This document shows, piece by piece, positions 60,527-64,000 of a stretch of DNA of 64,000 nt. Position 1 is the stretch's first letter, and each line of letters begins with the position of its first letter. Both the position numbers and the translations under genes were made by a program. Location of the stretch: NCBI GenBank assembly GCA_046290465.1, contig JBKAGP010000001.1, positions 1,728,001-1,792,000 on the forward strand, in the 5' to 3' direction. This stretch comes from Planctomycetota bacterium. GTDB lineage: Bacteria > Planctomycetota > UBA1135 > UBA2386. The notes beneath the pieces were generated by a model that was given only the letters and a program-made list of their open reading frames with translations, made no database searches and was not told the origin of the DNA.

Positions 60527-62350
60527 TCAGCACCTGCGTCGGAAGTAGCGTTCGAGCTCCGCCGGCGAGAACGTCAGCGTGGTCGGCCGCCCGTGCGGAC
60601 AGTTGTGCGGGTGCTCGAGCGTCGCGGCGACGCGCAGCAGCTCCTCGATCTCGTCGTCGGTCAGGCGGTCGCCGCTCATCACCGAACCGCGGCAGGCCAT
60701 CGAGTGGAACTTCTCGGCGATGTGCTCGCCCACCGACGAACGGCCGTCGTCGGCCTCGCCCGTGGCCAGCGCGCGCACCAGCTGCTTGGGATCAGTCCTG
60801 GACAGCACGGCCGGCATACCCTGCACCGCGATCGCGTTGGGTCCGAACGTCTCGACCAACAACCCTTCCTCGGCGAGTTCGTCGCGGACCGACTCGAACC
60901 AGGCCAGCTCGCTCGGGGTCAGCTCCACCACCGCCGGCACCAGCAGCCGCTGCACCTGCACGTCGCGAGCGGCGTGCTGCTTCTTCAGCTGTTCGTAGGT
61001 GACGCGCTCGTGCAGGGCGTGCTGGTCGACCACCAACAGGCCGTGCTCGCCCTCCAGCAGCAGGTACAGGTCCATGACCTGCAGGAAGCGGCCGCTGACG
61101 CGCTGGAACGGGTTGGGGCGCTCGACCTGCGAGGCGGCGCCGGCCGGCGGCGGCACCGGCGCACGCACGATCGTCGGTTCGTCGCGGCCAGAACGGCCGT
61201 CATCCGTCGGGGTCGGCGCCGACCGCGCGGACGACTCGAACAACGAACGAGCTGCAAAGCTGCCGCCGGACTGGGTCGGAAAGCCCGAGCGCGCGCGCGG
61301 CATCTCGGGACGGATCGTCACGCCGCCCTCGCTGACCGCGCCGGCCGACGACTCGCCCATCGGCAGCGTGCGGGCCTGCAGCGCGCTGCGCACGGTCTCG
61401 TGCAGGCAGCCGGCGACCTTGCGCGACTCGACGAAGCGGACCTCGGCCTTGCGCGGGTGGATGTTCACGTCGACCAGGTCGGGCGGCAGCACCATCTGCA
61501 GCACGTAGACCGGGAAGCGACCGCCCATCAGGAACTCGCGGTAGGCCTGCCGCACCGCGTGCAGCGCGCTCTTCTCGCGCGCCATGCGGCCGTTGACGTA
61601 GGTCAGCTCGAGGCGGCCGTCGCGTCGCGCCAGGTCCGGTTCGCCGACCACGCCCTCGACCTTGAGCCCGTCGAACTCGCGGTGCACCGGCAGCAGCCCC
61701 TTGCCGAGATCGCGACCGAAGCACTGCTGCACGCGCTCGGCGAGCGTGACGCCGCGCGGCAGCCGCAGCAGCTCCTTGTCGTCGCTGATCAGCGTGAAGT
61801 CGACGTCGAGCCGCGCCAGCGCCAGTTCGCAGACGAGCTGCTGGATGCGCGCCCGTTCGGCGTGCGCGGCCTTCAGGAAGCGACGGCGCGCCGGAACGTT
61901 GAAGAACAGGTCGCGGATCTCGATGCGGGTGCCCTGCGGGCAACCGCACGGCTGCGGCTCGGTCTCGGCGCCGCCGTCGCAGCGCACCTCCCAGCCCTCG
62001 CTGCCGTCGCGCCGCATGCTCTGCACGCGTGCCTTGGCGACCGCGCCGATCGACGCCAGCGCCTCCCCGCGGAAGCCGAGGCTGCCGATGTGCTCGAGGT
62101 CGTGCACGTCGCTGAGCTTGCTGGTCGCGTGGCTGGCGAACGCCAGCGGCAGATCCTCGGGCAGGAAGCCGTCGCCGTCGTCGATGACGGTCAGCTGCTC
62201 GACGCCGCCGCCGCGCAGTTCGACCCGCACGCGGGTCGCCCCGGCGTCGAGCGAGTTCTCGATCAGCTCCTTGGCGACCGACACCGGCCGCTCGACCACT
62301 TCGCCCGCCGCGATCTGGTTGACCACGGCGATCGGCAACTTCTTGATCAC
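60527..62350 (-). CDS. mutL: DNA mismatch repair endonuclease MutL
   Basis: NQIAAGEVVERP, KELIENSLDAGA, GFRGEAL, DQHALHER, ACR, CPHGRP. Confidence 0.97.
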   Translation of the reverse strand: MIKKLPIAVVNQIAAGEVVERPVSVAKELIENSLDAGATRVRVELRGGGVEQLTVIDDGDGFLPEDLPLAFASHATSKLSDVHDLEHIGSLGFRGEALASIGAVAKARVQSMRRDGSEGWEVRCDGGAETEPQPCGCPQGTRIEIRDLFFNVPARRRFLKAAHAERARIQQLVCELALARLDVDFTLISDDKELLRLPRGVTLAERVQQCFGRDLGKGLLPVHREFDGLKVEGVVGEPDLARRDGRLELTYVNGRMAREKSALHAVRQAYREFLMGGRFPVYVLQMVLPPDLVDVNIHPRKAEVRFVESRKVAGCLHETVRSALQARTLPMGESSAGAVSEGGVTIRPEMPRARSGFPTQSGGSFAARSLFESSARSAPTPTDDGRSGRDEPTIVRAPVPPPAGAASQVERPNPFQRVSGRFLQVMDLYLLLEGEHGLLVVDQHALHERVTYEQLKKQHAARDVQVQRLLVPAVVELTPSELAWFESVRDELAEEGLLVETFGPNAIAVQGMPAVLSRTDPKQLVRALATGEADDGRSSVGEHIAEKFHSMACRGSVMSGDRLTDDEIEELLRVAATLEHPHNCPHGRPTTLTFSPAELERYFRRRC

Positions 62351-63513
62351 AGCTCCAGCTCCTCCGCCGTCTCGATCGGCACGCCATCGAACCATTGCGC
62401 CAGGAAGCGCTCCAGCAGCGCCTCCCCGTCCTCGCCGGTCAGGCGGCTCTTCCGCAGCGCGGCGTGCAGCGCCAGGATGCCGCGCTGCAGCTGCGCCTGG
62501 TCGTTCTGCTTGACCTGCTCGAGGAACCGGTCGGCGAACTGCCGCACGCCGCAGCGCGACGGGATGTCGCGCATCGACGTGCCCGCGTCGAACAGGATGC
62601 GCCCCTCGTAGACGACGCTGATCTGGCGGTAGAGCCAGCTGTTCGTGAACGGCAACACGCCGCCGCTGTCCATCGACTTGCCGTCCTTCTGCTTGACGCC
62701 ACGCTGGAACATCGCTGCCAGCGAGCGCTGCGCCGTGCGCCGGTCGCCGCCCAGCACCGCTTCGGCGAACTCGAACGGCGTCGACTCGAAGCTGACCGAC
62801 AGCTTGCCGGCCAGGTCCTTCGGCGCGAGCGCGCCGCGCACCGGGTCGCTGCCCAGCTGGTCCCGCAGCCGTTCGAGTTCGCCGAGCAGCTCCGACGGCG
62901 ACTTGCCGACCTGCGAGATCACCAGCCAGGCGCTCTCCGGCGTCAGCGGCACGCCGAGCTTCTTGCCGGCCTGCCCGACCCACTTGCACAGCTCGCCCTC
63001 GAGCGGGCCGCGCGCGCGGTCGTAGGGCATGTCGTACAGCTCGCGGAACTCGAACACGGCGCCGTCGCCGGCCAGCTGCTTGAACAGCGTCGCTGCCGCC
63101 TTCTTGCGCTTGTCGAGCTTCGGCGCCTCGACCAGCAGGCTCGAGCCCTGCTGGATCTTCGGCGCGACCTCGGCGACCGCGGCGCCGTGCTTCTTCCACC
63201 AGTTGGCGGCGCGGCGCACGGCGACGATCGTGGCGCTGGCGAACAGCCCGCCACCGCGCAGGTCCTGCAGCACCGGCACGGTCACCGACGTGGTGCCGCC
63301 GTCCTCGCCGTCGTCATCTTCATCGCCAGCGCGGACCTCGGCCCCGTCGACGGTGCGCAACTCGGCGTCCTTGGGCACCGCCGACAGCAGCCGTTCCATC
63401 GCCTTGCTGCGGAAGAACTCGCTCTCGCCGTGCACCAACACGATCGGCGGCAGGCCGGCGCGCACCAGCGTGTCGAGCCGCTTCAGTTCCTGCGCCGGGT
63501 TGGGGACCGCCAT
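62347..63513 (-). CDS. holA: DNA polymerase III delta subunit-like protein
   Basis: PIVLVHGESEFF, GGLFA, ELERL, FEFAEAV; stop overlaps the mutL start. Confidence 0.75.
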   Translation of the reverse strand: MAVPNPAQELKRLDTLVRAGLPPIVLVHGESEFFRSKAMERLLSAVPKDAELRTVDGAEVRAGDEDDDGEDGGTTSVTVPVLQDLRGGGLFASATIVAVRRAANWWKKHGAAVAEVAPKIQQGSSLLVEAPKLDKRKKAAATLFKQLAGDGAVFEFRELYDMPYDRARGPLEGELCKWVGQAGKKLGVPLTPESAWLVISQVGKSPSELLGELERLRDQLGSDPVRGALAPKDLAGKLSVSFESTPFEFAEAVLGGDRRTAQRSLAAMFQRGVKQKDGKSMDSGGVLPFTNSWLYRQISVVYEGRILFDAGTSMRDIPSRCGVRQFADRFLEQVKQNDQAQLQRGILALHAALRKSRLTGEDGEALLERFLAQWFDGVPIETAEELEL

Positions 63514-63517
63514 CCCG

Positions 63518-64000
63518 CTACAGATACAGGTCGGCGCAGCCCGCCGCGAACATCACCACCGCCAGAGTGCCATTCGCGGTGAAGAACGCCGCCTGGATGC
63601 GTGACAAGTCGTCGGGGCGCAACAGGCGATGCTGCCAGACCAGCAGGCAGGCCGCGAGGCCGACCCCGATCAGGTAGCCGGTCGACAGCTGCGTCATCAG
63701 GCCGAAGCCGACGAAGCCGCCGAGCGCCAGCACGTGCAGCGAGCGGCTGATCCACATCGCCCCGCGGCGGCCGAGCAGCACCGGCAGCGAACGCAGCCCG
63801 CGCTCGCGGTCGAACTCGTCGTCCTGGCAGGCGTAGAGCACGTCGAAGCCGGCGACCCAGGTGGCGACCGCGAGGCCGAGCACCAGCGGCGCGTAGAGCC
63901 GTTCGCCGAACGCGCCGTCGACGGCGAACCAGGCCGCGAACGGCGACACGCCGAGCGCGACCCCGAGCCACAGGTGGCACAGCGACGAGAACCGCTTGGC
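63518..64000 (-). CDS. UbiA-like polyprenyltransferase (MqnP type), 3' part, truncated by window
   Basis: KRFSSLCHLWLG, WVAGFDVLYACQD..FD..GLRSLP, AFFTANG. Confidence 0.9.
   Translation of the reverse strand, partial: AKRFSSLCHLWLGVALGVSPFAAWFAVDGAFGERLYAPLVLGLAVATWVAGFDVLYACQDDEFDRERGLRSLPVLLGRRGAMWISRSLHVLALGGFVGFGLMTQLSTGYLIGVGLAACLLVWQHRLLRPDDLSRIQAAFFTANGTLAVVMFAAGCADLYL

Overview
Very GC-rich, gene-dense bacterial window. Gene style (ECF sigma-Ser/Thr kinase pair, orphan ExbD, Tat Gfo/Idh/MocA, large Gly-rich Ig lipoprotein) suggests Planctomycetota; this is inference only. In order: frmA(partial)-fghA; M55 aminopeptidase; FIST/NosP sensor with two hybrid histidine kinases; cupin; Tat oxidoreductase cluster; Tat-exported xanthine/aldehyde oxidoreductase operon with an extra 79-aa Cys-rich gene; S9 and M17 peptidases; several secreted proteins; argRCBDFGH-argA operon with tandem ARG boxes; a 1168-aa lipoprotein with a sigma54-type promoter; argJ; tsaA; LysM; psd; HEAT protein; GT4; CSLREA-type protein; kinase/ECF pair; B12 radical SAM; trkH; der; FixJ-like regulator; ybbN; mutL; holA; partial UbiA-family gene. 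The most notable non-coding signals are (i) an 83-bp CTAG-bounded, multi-hairpin REP-like unit in two tandem arrays of opposite orientation, each starting at a TAG stop codon, (ii) a candidate sigma54-driven ~80-nt sRNA with a CAGGAUG hairpin loop, and (iii) short tandem duplications, some of one 15-mer family, at many convergent gene junctions. No rRNA, tRNA, CRISPR array or transposase was recognised. All calls are from motif recognition by eye; no searches were run.
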